From Balanoglossus misakiensis (taxonomy: Eukaryota; Animalia; Hemichordata), in contig CM082594.2 in NCBI GenBank assembly GCA_040954595.2, forward strand, positions 3,395,319 through 3,459,318: a stretch of 64,000 nt of DNA, in the 5' to 3' direction. Positions 14,301 to 26,400 of the stretch are shown piece after piece (the stretch's first letter is position 1; every line of letters starts with the position of its first letter). Made by a program: the position numbers and the translations under genes. Under the pieces are notes generated by a model. That model worked only from the letters and a program-made list of their open reading frames with translations. It ran no database searches and was not told the DNA's origin.

Positions 14301-17300
14301 ATGAAACTTCTGCTGTCGTCTCTGCTGATGTAACCACAATAGTTCCAGTTGCCAAATTGTCTGTGCTGGACACTTCTGTAGAAACAGCTGTTGGAGTTTC
14401 AGTAGCAGGTGATCCGTCTGTTATTGTTGTAAGTACTTCAGTGGATGTTCCTTCCGGTGTGATTGATACATCCTGAGTAACAGAGGAAACTCCTGCAGTT
14501 TTGTCTGCTGATGTAACCACAATAGTTCCAGTTGCCAAATTGTCTGTACTGGACACTTCTGTAGAAACAGCTGTTGGAGTTTCAGTAGCAGGTGATCCGT
14601 CTGTTATTGTTGTAAGTACTTCAGTGGATGTTTGTTGAGTTGCCTCAGTACCAAGGGATGTAGATGCAGTCGATAATGTTCCTTCCGGTGTGAATGATAC
14701 ATCCTGAGTAACGGATGAAACTTCTGCTGTCGTCTCTGCTGATGTAACCACAATAGTTCCAGTTGCCAAATTGTCTGTGCTGGACACTTCTGTAGAAACT
14801 GCTGTTGGAGTTTCAGTAGCAGGTGATCCATCTGTTATTGTTGTAAGTACTTCAGTGGATGTTTGTTGAGTTGCCTCAGTACCAAGGGATGTAGATGCAG
14901 TCGATAAAGTTCCTTCCGGTGTGATTGATACATCCTGAGTAAAGGATGAAACTTCTGCTGTCGTGTCTGCTGATGTAACCACAATAGTTCCAGTTGCCAA
15001 ATTGTCTGCACTGGACACTTCTGTAGAAACTGCTGTTGGAGTTTCAGTAGCAGGTGATCCGTCTGTTATTGTTGTAAGTACTTCAGTGGATGTTCCTTCC
15101 GGTGTGATTGATACATCCTGAGTAACAGAGGAAACTCCTGCAGTTGTGTCTGCTGATGTAACCACAATTGTTCCAGTTGCCAAATTGTCTGTACTGGACA
15201 CTTCTGTAGAAACAGCTGTTGGAGTTTCAGTAGCAGGTGATCCGTCTGTTATTGTTGTAAGTACTTCAGTGGATGTTCCTTCCGGTGTGATTGATACATC
15301 CTGAGTAACGGATGAAACTTCTGCAGTTGTGTCTGCTGATGTAACCACAATAGTTCCAGTTGCCAAATTGTCTGTACTGGACACTTCTGTAGAAACAGCT
15401 GTTGGAGTTTCAGTAGCAGGTGATCCGTCTGTTATTGTTGTAAGTACTTCAGTGGATGTTCCTTCCGGTGTGATTGATACATCCTGAGTAACGGATGAAA
15501 CTTCTGCTGTCGTCTCTGCTGATGTAACCACAATAGTTCCAGTTGCCAAATTGTCTGTGCTGGACACTTCTGTAGAAACAGTTGTTGGAGTTTCAGTAGC
15601 AGGTGATCCGTCTGTTATTGTTGTAAGTACTTCAGTGGATGTTTGTTGAGTTGCCTCAGTACCAAGGGATGTAGATGCAGTCGATAATGTTCCTTCCGGT
15701 GTGATTGATACATCCTGAGTAACGGATGAAACTTCTGCTGTCGTCTCTGCTGATGTAACCACAATAGTTCCAGTTGCCAAATTGTCTGTGCTGGACACTT
15801 CTGTAGAAACTGCTGTTGGAGTTTCAGTAGCAGGTGATCCATCTGTTATTGCTGTAAGTACTTCAGTGGATGTTTGTTGAGTTGCCTCAGTACCAAGGGA
15901 TGTAGATGCAGTCGATAAAGTTCCTTCCGGTGTGATTGATACATCCTGAGCAACGGATGAAACTTCTGCTGTTGTCTCTGCTGATGTAACCACAATAGTT
16001 CCAGTTGCCAAATTGTCTGTACTGGACACTTCTGTAGAAACTGCTGTTGGAGTTTCAGTAGCAGGTGATCCGTCTGTTATTGTTGTAAGTACTTCAGTCG
16101 ATGTTCCTTCCGGTGTGATTGATACATCCTGAGTAACAGAGGAAACTCCTGCAGTTGTGTCTGCTGATGTAACCACAATAGTTCCAGTTGCCAAATTGTC
16201 TGTGCTGGACACTTCTGTAGAAACAGCTGTTGGACTTTCAGTAGCAGGTGATCCATCTGTTATTGTTGTAAGTACTTCAGTGGATGTTCCTTCCGGTGTG
16301 ATTGATACATCCTGAGTAACAGAGGAAACTCCTGCAGTTTTGTCTGCTGATGTAACCACAATAGTTCCAGTTGCCAAATTGTCTGTACTGGACACTTCTG
16401 TAGAAACAGCTGTTGGAGTTTCAGTAGCAGGTGATCCGTCTGTTATTGTTGTAAGTACTTCAGTGGATGTTTGTTGAGTTGCCTCAGTACCAAGGGATGT
16501 AGATGCAGTCGATAATGTTCCTTCCGGTGTGATTGATAAATCCTGAGTAACGGATGAAACTTCTGCTGTCGTCTCTGCTGATGTAACCACAATAGTTCCA
16601 GTTGCCAAATTGTCTGTGCTGGACACTTCTGTAGAAACTGCTGTTGGAGTTTCAGTAGCAGGTGATCCATCTGTTATTGTTGTAAGTACTTCAGTGGATG
16701 TTTGTTGAGTTGCCTCAGTACCAAGGTATGTAGATGCAGTCGATAAAGTTCCTTCCGGTGTGATTGATACATCCTGAGTAACGGATGAAACTTCTGCTGT
16801 CGTGTCTGCTGATGTAACCACAATAGTTCCAGTTGCCAAATTGTCTGTACTGGACACTTCTGTAGAAACTGCTGTTGGAGTTTCAGTAGCAGGTGATCCG
16901 TCTGTTATTGTTGTAAGTACTTCAGTCGATGTTCCTTCCGGTGTGATTGATACATCCTGAGTAACAGAGGAAACTCCTGCAGTTGTGTCTGCTGATGTAA
17001 CCACAATAGTTCCAGTTGCCAAATTGTCTGTGCTGGACACTTCTGTAGAAACAGCTGTTGGAGTTTCAGTAGCAGGTGATCCATCTGTTATTGTTGTAAG
17101 TACTTCAGTGGATGTTCCTTCCGGTGTGATTGATACATCCTGAGTAACAGAGGAAACTCCTGCAGTTGTGTCTGCTGATGTAACCACAATTGTTCCAGTT
17201 GCCAAATTGTCTGTACTGGACACTTCTGTAGAAACAGCTGTTGGAGTTTCAGTAGCAGGTGATCCGTCTGTTATTGTTGTAAGTACTTCAGTGGATGTTT

Positions 17301-20300
17301 GTTGAGTTGCCTCAGTACCAAGGGATGTAGATGCAGTCGATAAAGTTCCTTCCGGTGTGATTGATACATCCTGAGTAACGGATGAAACTTCTGCTGTCGT
17401 CTCTGCTGATGTAACCACAATAGTTCCAGTTGCCAAATTGTCTGTGCTGGACACTTCTGTAGAAACTGCTGTTGGAGTTTCAGTAGCAGGTGATCCGTCT
17501 GTTATTGTTGTAAGTACTTCAGTGGATGTTCCTTCCGGTGTGATTGATACATCCTGAGTAACAGAGGAAACTCCTGCAGTTGTGTCTGCTGATGTAACCA
17601 CAATAGTTCCAGTTGCCAAATTGTCTGTACTGGACACTTCTGTAGAAACTGCTGTTGGAGTTTCAGTAGCAGGTGATCCGTCTGTTATTGTTGTAAGTAC
17701 TTCAGTGGATGTTTTTTGAGTTGCCTCAGTACCAAGGGATGTAGATGCAGTCGATAAAGTTCCTTCCGGTGTGATTGATACATCCTGAGTAACGGATGAA
17801 ATTTCTGCTGTCGTTTCTGCTGATGTAACCACAATAGTTCCAGTTGCCAAATTGTCTGTACTGGACACTTCTGTAGAAACAGCTGTTGGAGTTTCAGTAG
17901 CAGGTGATCCGTCTGTTATTGTTGTAAGTACTTCAGTGGATGTTCCTTCCGGTGTGATTGATACATCCTGAGAAATGGATGAAACTTCTGCTGTCGTGTC
18001 TGCTGATGTAACCACAATAGTTCCAGTTGCCAAATTGTCTGTACTGGACACTTCTGTAGAAACAGCTGTTGGAGTTTCAGTAGCAGGTGATCCGTCTGTT
18101 ATTGTTGTAAGTACTTCAGTGGATGTTCCTTCCGGTGTGATTGATACATCCTGAGTAACGGATGAAATTTCTGCTGTCGTTTCTGCTGATGTAACCACAA
18201 TAGTTCCAGTTGCCAAATTGTCTGTACTGGACACTTCTGTAGAAACTGCTGTTGGAGTTTCAGTAGCAGGTGATCCGTCTGTTATTGTTGTAAGTACTTC
18301 AGTGGATGTTCCTTCCGGTGTGATTGATACATCCTGAGTAACGGATGAAATTTCTGCTGTCGTTTCTGCTGATGTAACCACAATAGTTCCAGGTGCCAAA
18401 TTGTCTGTACTGGACACTTCTGTAGAAACTGCTGTTGGAGTTTCAGTAGCAGGTGATCCGTCTGTTATTGTTGTAAGTACTTCAGTGGATGTTCCTTCCG
18501 GTGTGATTGATACATCCTGAGAAACGGATGAAACTTCTGCTGTCGTGTCTGCTGATGTAACCACAATAGTTCCAGTTGCCATATTGTCTGTACTGGACAC
18601 TTCTGTAGAAACTGCTGTTGGAGTTTCAGTAGCAGGTGATCCGTCTGTTATTGTTGTAAGTACTTTAGTGGATGTTCCTTCCGGTGTGATTGATACATCC
18701 TGAGTAACGGATGAAATTTCTGCTGTCGTTTCTGCTGATGTAACCACAATAGTTCCAGTTGCCAAATTGTCTGTACTGGACACTTCTGTAGAAACTGCTG
18801 TTGGAGTTTCAGTAGCAGGTGATCCGTCTGTTATTGTTGTAAGTACTTCAGTGGATGTTCCTTCCGGTGTGATTGATACATCCTGAGAAACGGATGAAAC
18901 TTCTGCTGTCGTGTCTGCTGATGTAACCACAATAGTTCCAGTTGCCAAATTGTCTGTACTGGACACTTCTGTAGAAACTGCTGTTGGAATTTCAGTAGCA
19001 GGTGATCCGTCTGTTATTGTTGTAAGTACTTCAGTGGATGTTCCTTCCGGTGTGATTGATACATCCTGAGAAATGGATGAAACTTCTGCTGTCGTGTCTG
19101 CTGATGTAACCACAATAGTTCCAGTTGCCAAATTGTCTGTACTGGACACTTCTGTAGAAACAGCTGTTGGAGTTTCAGTAGCAGGTGATCCGTCTGTTAT
19201 TGTTGTAAGTACTTCAGTGGATGTTCCTTCCGGTGTGATTGATACATCCTGAGTAACGGATGAAATTTCTGCTGTCGTTTCTGCTGATGTAACCACAATA
19301 GTTCCAGTTGCCAAATTGTCTGTACTGGACACTTCTGTAGAAACTGCTGTTGGAGTTTCAGTAGCAGGTGATCCGTCTGTTATTGTTGTAAGTACTTCAG
19401 TGGATGTTCCTTCCGGTGTGATTGATACATCCTGAGTAACGGATGAAATTTCTGCTGTCGTTTCTGCTGATGTAACCACAATAGTTCCAGGTGCCAAATT
19501 GTCTGTACTGGACACTTCTGTAGAAACTGCTGTTGGAGTTTCAGTAGCAGGTGATCCGTCTGTTATTGTTGTAAGTACTTCAGTGGATGTTCCTTCCGGT
19601 GTGATTGATACATCCTGAGAAACGGATGAAACTTCTGCTGTCGTGTCTGCTGATGTAACCACAATAGTTCCAGTTGCCAAATTGTCTGTACTGGACACTT
19701 CTGTAGAAACTGCTGTTGGAGTTTCAGTAGCAGGTGATCCGTCTGTTATTGTTGTAAGTACTTCAGTGGATGTTCCTTCCGGTGTGATTGATACATCCTG
19801 AGTAACGGATGAAATTTCTGCTGTCGTTTCTGCTGATGTAACCACAATAGTTCCAGTTGCCAAATTGTCTGTACTGGACACTTCTGTAGAAACTGCTGTT
19901 GGAGTTTCAGTAGCAGGTGATCCGTCTGTTATTGTTGTAAGTACTTCAGTGGATGTTCCTTCCGGTGTGATTGATACATCCTGAGTAACGGATGAAATTT
20001 CTGCTGTCGTTTCTGCTGATGTAACCACAATAGTTCCAGTTGCCAAATTGTCTGTACTGGACACTTCTGTAGAAACTGCTGTTGGAGTTTCAGTAGCAGG
20101 TGATCCGTCTGTTATTGTTGTAAGTACTTCAGTGGATGTTCCTTCCGGTGTGATTGATACATCCTGAGAAACGGATGAAACTTCTGCTGTCGTGTCTGCT
20201 GATGTAACCACAATAGTTCCAGTTGCCAAATTGTCTGTACTGGACACTTCTGTAGAAACTGCTGTTGGAATTTCAGTAGCAGGTGATCCGTCTGTTATTG

Positions 20301-20909
20301 TTGTAAGTACTTCAGTGGATATTCCTTCCGGTGTGATTGATACATCCTGAGTAACGGATGAAACTTCTGCTGTCGTCTCTGTTGATGTAACCACAATAGT
20401 TCCAGTTGCCAAATTGTCTGTGCTGGACACTTCTGTAGAAACAGCTGTTGGAGTTTCAGTAGCAGGTGATCCGTCTGTTATTGTTGTAAGTACTTCAGTG
20501 GATGTTCCTTCCGGTGTGATTGATACATCCTGAGTAACGGATGAAACTTCTGCTGTTGTGTCTGCTGATGTAACCACAATAGTTCCAGTTGCCAAATTGT
20601 CTGTACTGGACACTTCTGTAGAAACAGCTGTTGGAGTTTCAGTAGCAGGTGATCCGTCTGTTATTGTTGTAAGTACTTCAGTGGATGTTTGTTGAGTTGC
20701 CTCAGTACCAAGGGATGTAGATGCAGTCGATAAAGTTCCTTCCGGTGTGATTGATACATCCTGAGTAACGGATGAAACTTCTGCTGCTATGTCTGGCGCT
20801 GCTGGCACTATACTTCCCGTTGTCAAATCGTCTGAGATTTCCGTTGGTACTGCTGTTGGATTTTCAGTGCTAGGTGTTCCAGCTGTGGTAATAATTTGCA
20901 GAGTGGTCG
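11352..20909 (-). CDS. Giant 9558-nt mucin (PTS) exon of gene 2, about 3186 codons, phase 1-1
   Basis: Acceptor TTCAG| at 20910 and donor G|GTATGT at 11351 bracket the stop-free frame of ORF 11344..20826, whose TTG 'start' is not the real start. Confidence 0.9.
11520..20820 (-). repeat. Coding VNTR: 47 near-identical units of 183 bp (61 aa) or 231 bp (77 aa)
   Basis: The anchor gttccagttgccaaattg (single-base variants in a few units) recurs at 183- or 231-bp spacing from 11588 to 20582. Thirteen units carry the 48-bp insert LSTAST[SY]LGTEATQ[QK]T. Confidence 0.95.
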
Positions 20910-22088
20910 CTGAATTTTACTTATTACACTAACGATATACGTTTGAGTGTCTATATACGTACAAAATGTCATAGAGAGTTTAAATAGCAAATATGTGGGG
21001 TCAATTTCCCAATGTTAGCTGTTGCCTCATTTTTATGCTTTGTTTTGTTGTTGGATTGTTGTTAACCTGAGCATATGGATTCACATTTACTTAAAAGGAA
21101 AGTTTAAATTATTTTGTAGAGGTCCTGGTTTCATTCCAGATTTGCGTCAATATTGTGCACGTACTGAACGTAGGCACATGATTACCGCTTTTCCCCTCAT
21201 GATTTCACCACTGAACATCTGTTTAGTCTGGGCAGACTCAAGATGGTAGTTCTTATGAAATGTTATTCGTTTTGCTATTTCAAGCCCCATGGCACGGAAT
21301 ATTTTGCCTATTTTTCATGACTTTACAGTCAAAAGAGAAAGAAAATATCTTGATATGTAAACGTGGTTATCGAGGGTCGGATAAATTGTCGATCAAATAT
21401 TGATAGAAACATACAAGGAAATAATTGAAGAAGTAAATAATTAACTCGCTGCAACCAGAATAGTGGCATCTCCCACCAAACGCCACCATGACAAATGAGA
21501 CATTTTCTCTTCGAATTTAGTGCTTATTCCGTCACCAACTAAATCTTTTCTGGTCATTGTATGCCCAATATGAAATAATGGAGGGAGCCCAAAGAATGTC
21601 GAAGACAAAAAATGATAAATGTACAAGCACATATAATAATAGAACGACAACCTGGCTAAGGTAAAAATTAAATCACCGAATCTTGCCTTATTCAAAATTA
21701 CTGCTCAATGGCCAAAGCATCAAACTTAATCCGCGTCAATTGAAAACTTATGTATGCTTTTAGTCAAGTATGAGCCATTGCAATTTTAGTATGTTGAATC
21801 GGAAGGTCTGGACAGGTATTTTCTCTAGTGTACGGCCATTCGAATCTGCGTATTCGCCAAATTTGCCGTTTATGAAATATGATCTGGACGTGTTGAAACT
21901 TTTGTCAAGCCCATAACTAAATTAGGTAATGGCATACGTCCCTTAGATCTGATCTATTTATCACAAATCTCCCAAAAATACGGGGGGGGGGGGGTCGTGA
22001 TACGTGTGTGCACCATCTTTTTCTGCTAGCTCTGCTCATTCAAGAAGGTATACCTGTTGTTCAAGTTTGATCAGTTAGCCGGTTATAA

Positions 22089-22372
22089 GGCCAAATAAAA
22101 ATTATGTGCTGTTCTGATTACCCGATCTTCCCTAATTTTAGCCCGCCCACCCTAAACGTTTTAGAGTTTCTTAAACCGGAACTAAAAATAACGATTTCAA
22201 ATATACCAAATTTATGAAAATTGCGAGAATCACGCAAGAATTATGACGTCAGTCTTCTACACTACGGTGGCAAAAGATATAAAACAATTGCAAAATAAAG
22301 AAATTTCCCTACCTACCTACCCTATTTTTGAAAACCATGTAATCGGAACAGCACATATTTTTATATTTGGCC
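22089..22372. mobile_element. PIF/Harbinger-type MITE, copy 2, in intron 1 of gene 2
   Basis: Same internal sequence and TIRs as 959-1250; GGCC termini with a TAA target duplication (22086-22088, 22373-22375). Confidence 0.88.
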
Positions 22373-22404
22373 TAAGACTAAAATATCATATACGGTTCAC
22401 TTAC

Positions 22405-22534
22405 TAATCTTGACGTATCCCGTCGAAGTCCGTGGCCAGGGCGTTGTCGCTACGCTCGACACTTTGATGCGATGCTGCGGCGAGAGCACGAAGGCTAAGG
22501 CCACGATACTGTAAGCAAGGACGAGGTTCCTCAT
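22405..22534 (-). CDS. First (signal-peptide) exon of mucin-like gene 2; not in the ORF track
   Basis: GCCGTG-ATG at 22534 gives MRNLVLAYSIVALAFVLSPQHRIKVSSVATTPWPRTSTGYVKI, then a phase-1 donor A|GTAAGT at 22404 that joins in frame to the acceptor at 20910. Confidence 0.8.
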
Positions 22535-22589
22535 CACGGCACTGGTAAACTTATCTCCAGGAGTACAAGCGGGGGATCGCGTCGGTTCT

Positions 22590-23250
22590 TACCATGCTGA
22601 TGGTCACAGGCAAGTAGAAAGGGCGCGAATAAGAGTTTCCTTCACCCGAGAATTCACCGCAGAAATCTTCCAGTGAAGGTGTTGGCTGCTGCTCTCGCGC
22701 TACTTTCGGTTCAGCACACACTCATGGGGAATCAGGTGTCGGTTAGAGTTGAGGACCTCGTATCCTTTCTCTTCAACCCGCCTCTTTGCAAACTGCAATG
22801 TGACATGTACATACGCAGTGGGCCTGATAGCAGCGATCACATACGATTTATCTTCATCTCACGCCCCTCTTTGCAAAATGCAATCCTGACGTACACATCA
22901 TCAGTGGTCCTGATAGCAAAGATCTTATAAGATTTCTCTTCATCCCGCCTCTTTATTTGCATATTGCAATGTGTACATCATCTGTGGTCCTTCACAACGG
23001 TTGTCACTGGTATCTTTTATCTCAAAGCGGTTCGAAGACCTATTGCGCTGTCGGCTTGTCTGCAACGACGCGAAATTGTCTCATAATGTTTCCACGTCTG
23101 TAACTTTCTTAATTTACACCTTAATTGATATATCTACAACGTTGACCGGATGAGGAGTTCCCGACCAAGCTTCGGTAAGTCAGCAATATTCACAGTTTCA
23201 CTCACAGATATTTATGACGAAAATGCATTTGACTTCAACATGCAAAACTT
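22590..23250 (-). promoter_or_regulatory. 5'UTR/promoter of gene 2 including a triplicated ~84-bp module (22766-22990)
   Basis: Homologous to 5930-6520; three degenerate copies of tcttca..cgcc.ctttgca..tgcaat..gtac.cat..gtgg.cct. Confidence 0.6.
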
Positions 23251-23436
23251 TTGTTTTATAGTCTGTAAGTCCATCACAGGTATTCCTTCATTCAGCGTTT
23301 GTTTTTGTTGTTCGCGTTTTCTGTCACACTTCGGACGATTCGACCGAGGTCGTCTTTTAGGTGCTAACAGTGATTGTCGGCTCATAACCAAACCGATTTT
23401 GTATCGAGAGAGCCTTCGTACCTCCATAGAAAAGCT

Positions 23437-26400
23437 AAATGTAAGATACACATTTCAGTTCGCGACATACTTTCTGAAATGGTACTTATATTTCAAAAGG
23501 TCTTTATCAACATCGCCACCATCCGTTGACCAACTCTGGGTGAAACCAATCTTGAATGCTTACCACACCTGTTAATATTTGGATTGTTACGGGCGGCTGT
23601 ATATACTAGTGCGTTTCGTTTTATTTTAAAGGATAACGTCTAAGATGTACAATTCAATCCCTCCGTCATCCATCCATTTAATCCTTCGTTCCTTCCTTCA
23701 TTCCATTGACCTTTCCCCCCTTCGCTCGCTCGTTTGTTTATTTGCCCACCCGTTCACGCGTCTTTTCATTCGGCATATTTCATATTTCAATTTCTTAAAT
23801 GTAGCCCAGCATGTGACTGATTGATCCCGAAACAATACCGAGAGTTACCATTCTGAAATGTCTGCCATTTAAGGAAACGTGTTCGTCTCTGACTGATTAA
23901 TGGCGAGGGAAATTTACATACCTGTGCACGAGAAAGGTCAGTCCGTACCGTCTTATCTTGACAAATAGCTATAGGTTGTCGAATCTTTTATGGTCCCAGT
24001 AAGGCCAAACATGCATATTATCAATATACATGATTTATATTCCCAAATATAAATTTTGATCAGCCACAGTGACTGATGATGTCCAACATGCAGGGGGGGG
24101 GGGGGGGGGAAGCAGAGATTGAGCCACCGATATATCCACCTAGATGGGACAATTTCATCTTTTTCACACTCAAATTCATCGGATCCGCAATGTCAATGTA
24201 CAAACACACATACGCATGCCATCTGGAGTTGTGATCTGATGCAAAGAGACCATTTTCCGAACTCCATGAGATCCTGCGAGATCTCGCGTGGTTTACCAGT
24301 TTATATGACAGGAGATACATGACACATAGCAACATGGCACATCGGGTTAAACGGTACAAAAGATGCAAGTTTTGTTAAACTCTGCACCTAGTCTAGTTAG
24401 AAATACAAAGTTTAATTTGCAATATTTGGCCAGTAACCTGTTCCTACGGTACAAGCCTCGCGAGATCCCACAATGAGCAGAGAATCATCTATTGATGCAA
24501 ATTGCAAAATTTCGAATCATTACTCTGGTATACATGCCTGGTCAGATTTGTAACCCACTATAGCTTTCTCCGTCTTCCCTCAGTATATTGATCCAGCGGG
24601 GATTATTGAAACTGAATTTAGGGGATTTGATTTATGATATGCGGTCTCTGACTGATAAATAGCGAGGGAAATTTACATACCTTTGCACGAGACAGGTCAG
24701 TCCGTACCGTTTTATCTTGAAAAATAGCTATAGGTCGCGAATCTTTTATGGTCCCAGTATGGCCAAACATGCATATTATCAATATACATAATTTATATTC
24801 CCAAATATAAATTTTGATCAGCCACAGTGACTGATGATGTCCAACATGCAGGGGGGGGGGGAAGCAGAGATTGAGCCACCGATATATCCACCTAGATGGG
24901 ACAATTTCATCTTTTTCACACTCAAATTCATCGGATCCGCAGTGTCAATGTACAAACACACATACGCATGCCATCTGGAGTTGTGATCTGATGCAAAGAG
25001 ACCATTTTCCGAACTCCATGAGATCCTGCGAGATCTCGCGTGGTTTAGCAGTTTATATGAGAGGAGATACATGACACATACAAACATGGCCCATCGGGTT
25101 AAACGGTACAAAAGATGCAAGTTTTGTTAAACTCTGCACCTAGTCTAGTTAATGATACAAAGTTTAATTTGCAATATTTGGCCAGTAACCTGTTCCTACG
25201 GTACAAGCCTCGTGAGATCCCACAATGAGCAGAGAATCATCTATTGATGCAAATTCCAAATCATTACTCAGGTATACATGCCTGGCCAGATTGTAACCCA
25301 CTATAGCTTTCTCCGTCTTCCCTCAGTATATTGATCCAGCGGCGATTATTGAAAATGAATTTTGGGGATATGATTTATAATAAGCGGTCCCACGGCCTGT
25401 CTTGAACCATCACGTACGTATTTTGACCTGACCTTACGAATATGCATATCTAATCCATCCTGGGATGTCATTTATGATAAAGCTGCCTCTGTTTGAACAG
25501 GATCAGCCCGATAATATTGAACACGTCGTGTTTTACCTAAATGTAAAATGTAAGATACACATTTCAGTTCGCGACATACTTTCTGAAACGATACTAATAT
25601 TTCAAACGGTCTTTATCAACATCGCCACCATCCGTTGACAAACTCTGGGTGAAACCAATCTTGAATGCTTACCACACCTGTTAATGTTTGGATTGTTACG
25701 GGCGGCTGTTTTACTAGTGCGTTTCGTTTTATTTTAAAGGATAACGTCTAAGATGTACAATTCCATCCCTCCGTCATCCATCCATTTAATCCTTCGTTCC
25801 TTCTTTCATTCAATTGACCTTTCCCCCCTTCGCTCGCTCGTTTGTTTATTTGCCCACCCGTTCACGCGTCTCTTCATTCGGCATATTTCATATTTCAATT
25901 TCTTAAATGTAGCCCAGCACGTGACTGATTGATCCCGAAACAATACCGAGAGTTACCATTCTGAAATGTCTGCCATTTAAGGAAACGTGTTCGTCTCAGA
26001 CTGATAAATGGCGAGGGAAATTTACATACGTTGCACGAGAAAGGTCAGTCCGTACCGTCTTATCTTGACAAATAGCTATAGGTTGTCGAATCTTTTATGG
26101 TCCCAGTAAGGCCAAACATGCATATTATCAATATACATGATTTATATTCCCAAACATAAATTTTGATCAGCCACTGATGATGACCAACATGCATGGGGTA
26201 GGGTGGGGGGGGGGGTGGGGGCAGCAGAGATTGAGCCACCGATATATCCACCAAATTGAAGATGGAATAATTTCTTTTTCACACTCAAATTCATCGGATC
26301 TGGCCGCAGTGTCAGTGTACAAACACACATACGCATGCCATCTGGAGTTGTGATCTGATGCAAAGAGACCATTTTCCGAACTCCATGAGATCCTGCGAGA

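Noticed and set aside
11339-16670. Short antisense or alternative-frame ORFs (MDHLLLKLQQQ..., MSADVTT...)
   Set aside because: They are shadows of the coding repeat.
11520-20820. CRISPR-like appearance of regularly spaced repeats
   Set aside because: Whole units are near-identical with no unique spacers, all lengths are multiples of 3 inside a spliced ORF, and there are no cas genes; this is a coding VNTR.
11344-20826. 3160-aa ORF as a stand-alone intronless gene
   Set aside because: It begins at TTG with no signal peptide; flanking AG (20910) and GT (11351) sites and in-phase neighbouring exons show it is an internal exon.
21115-21145. B-box-like gaggtcctggtttcattcca (tRNA or SINE head)
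   Set aside because: No A box or cloverleaf; too short to support.
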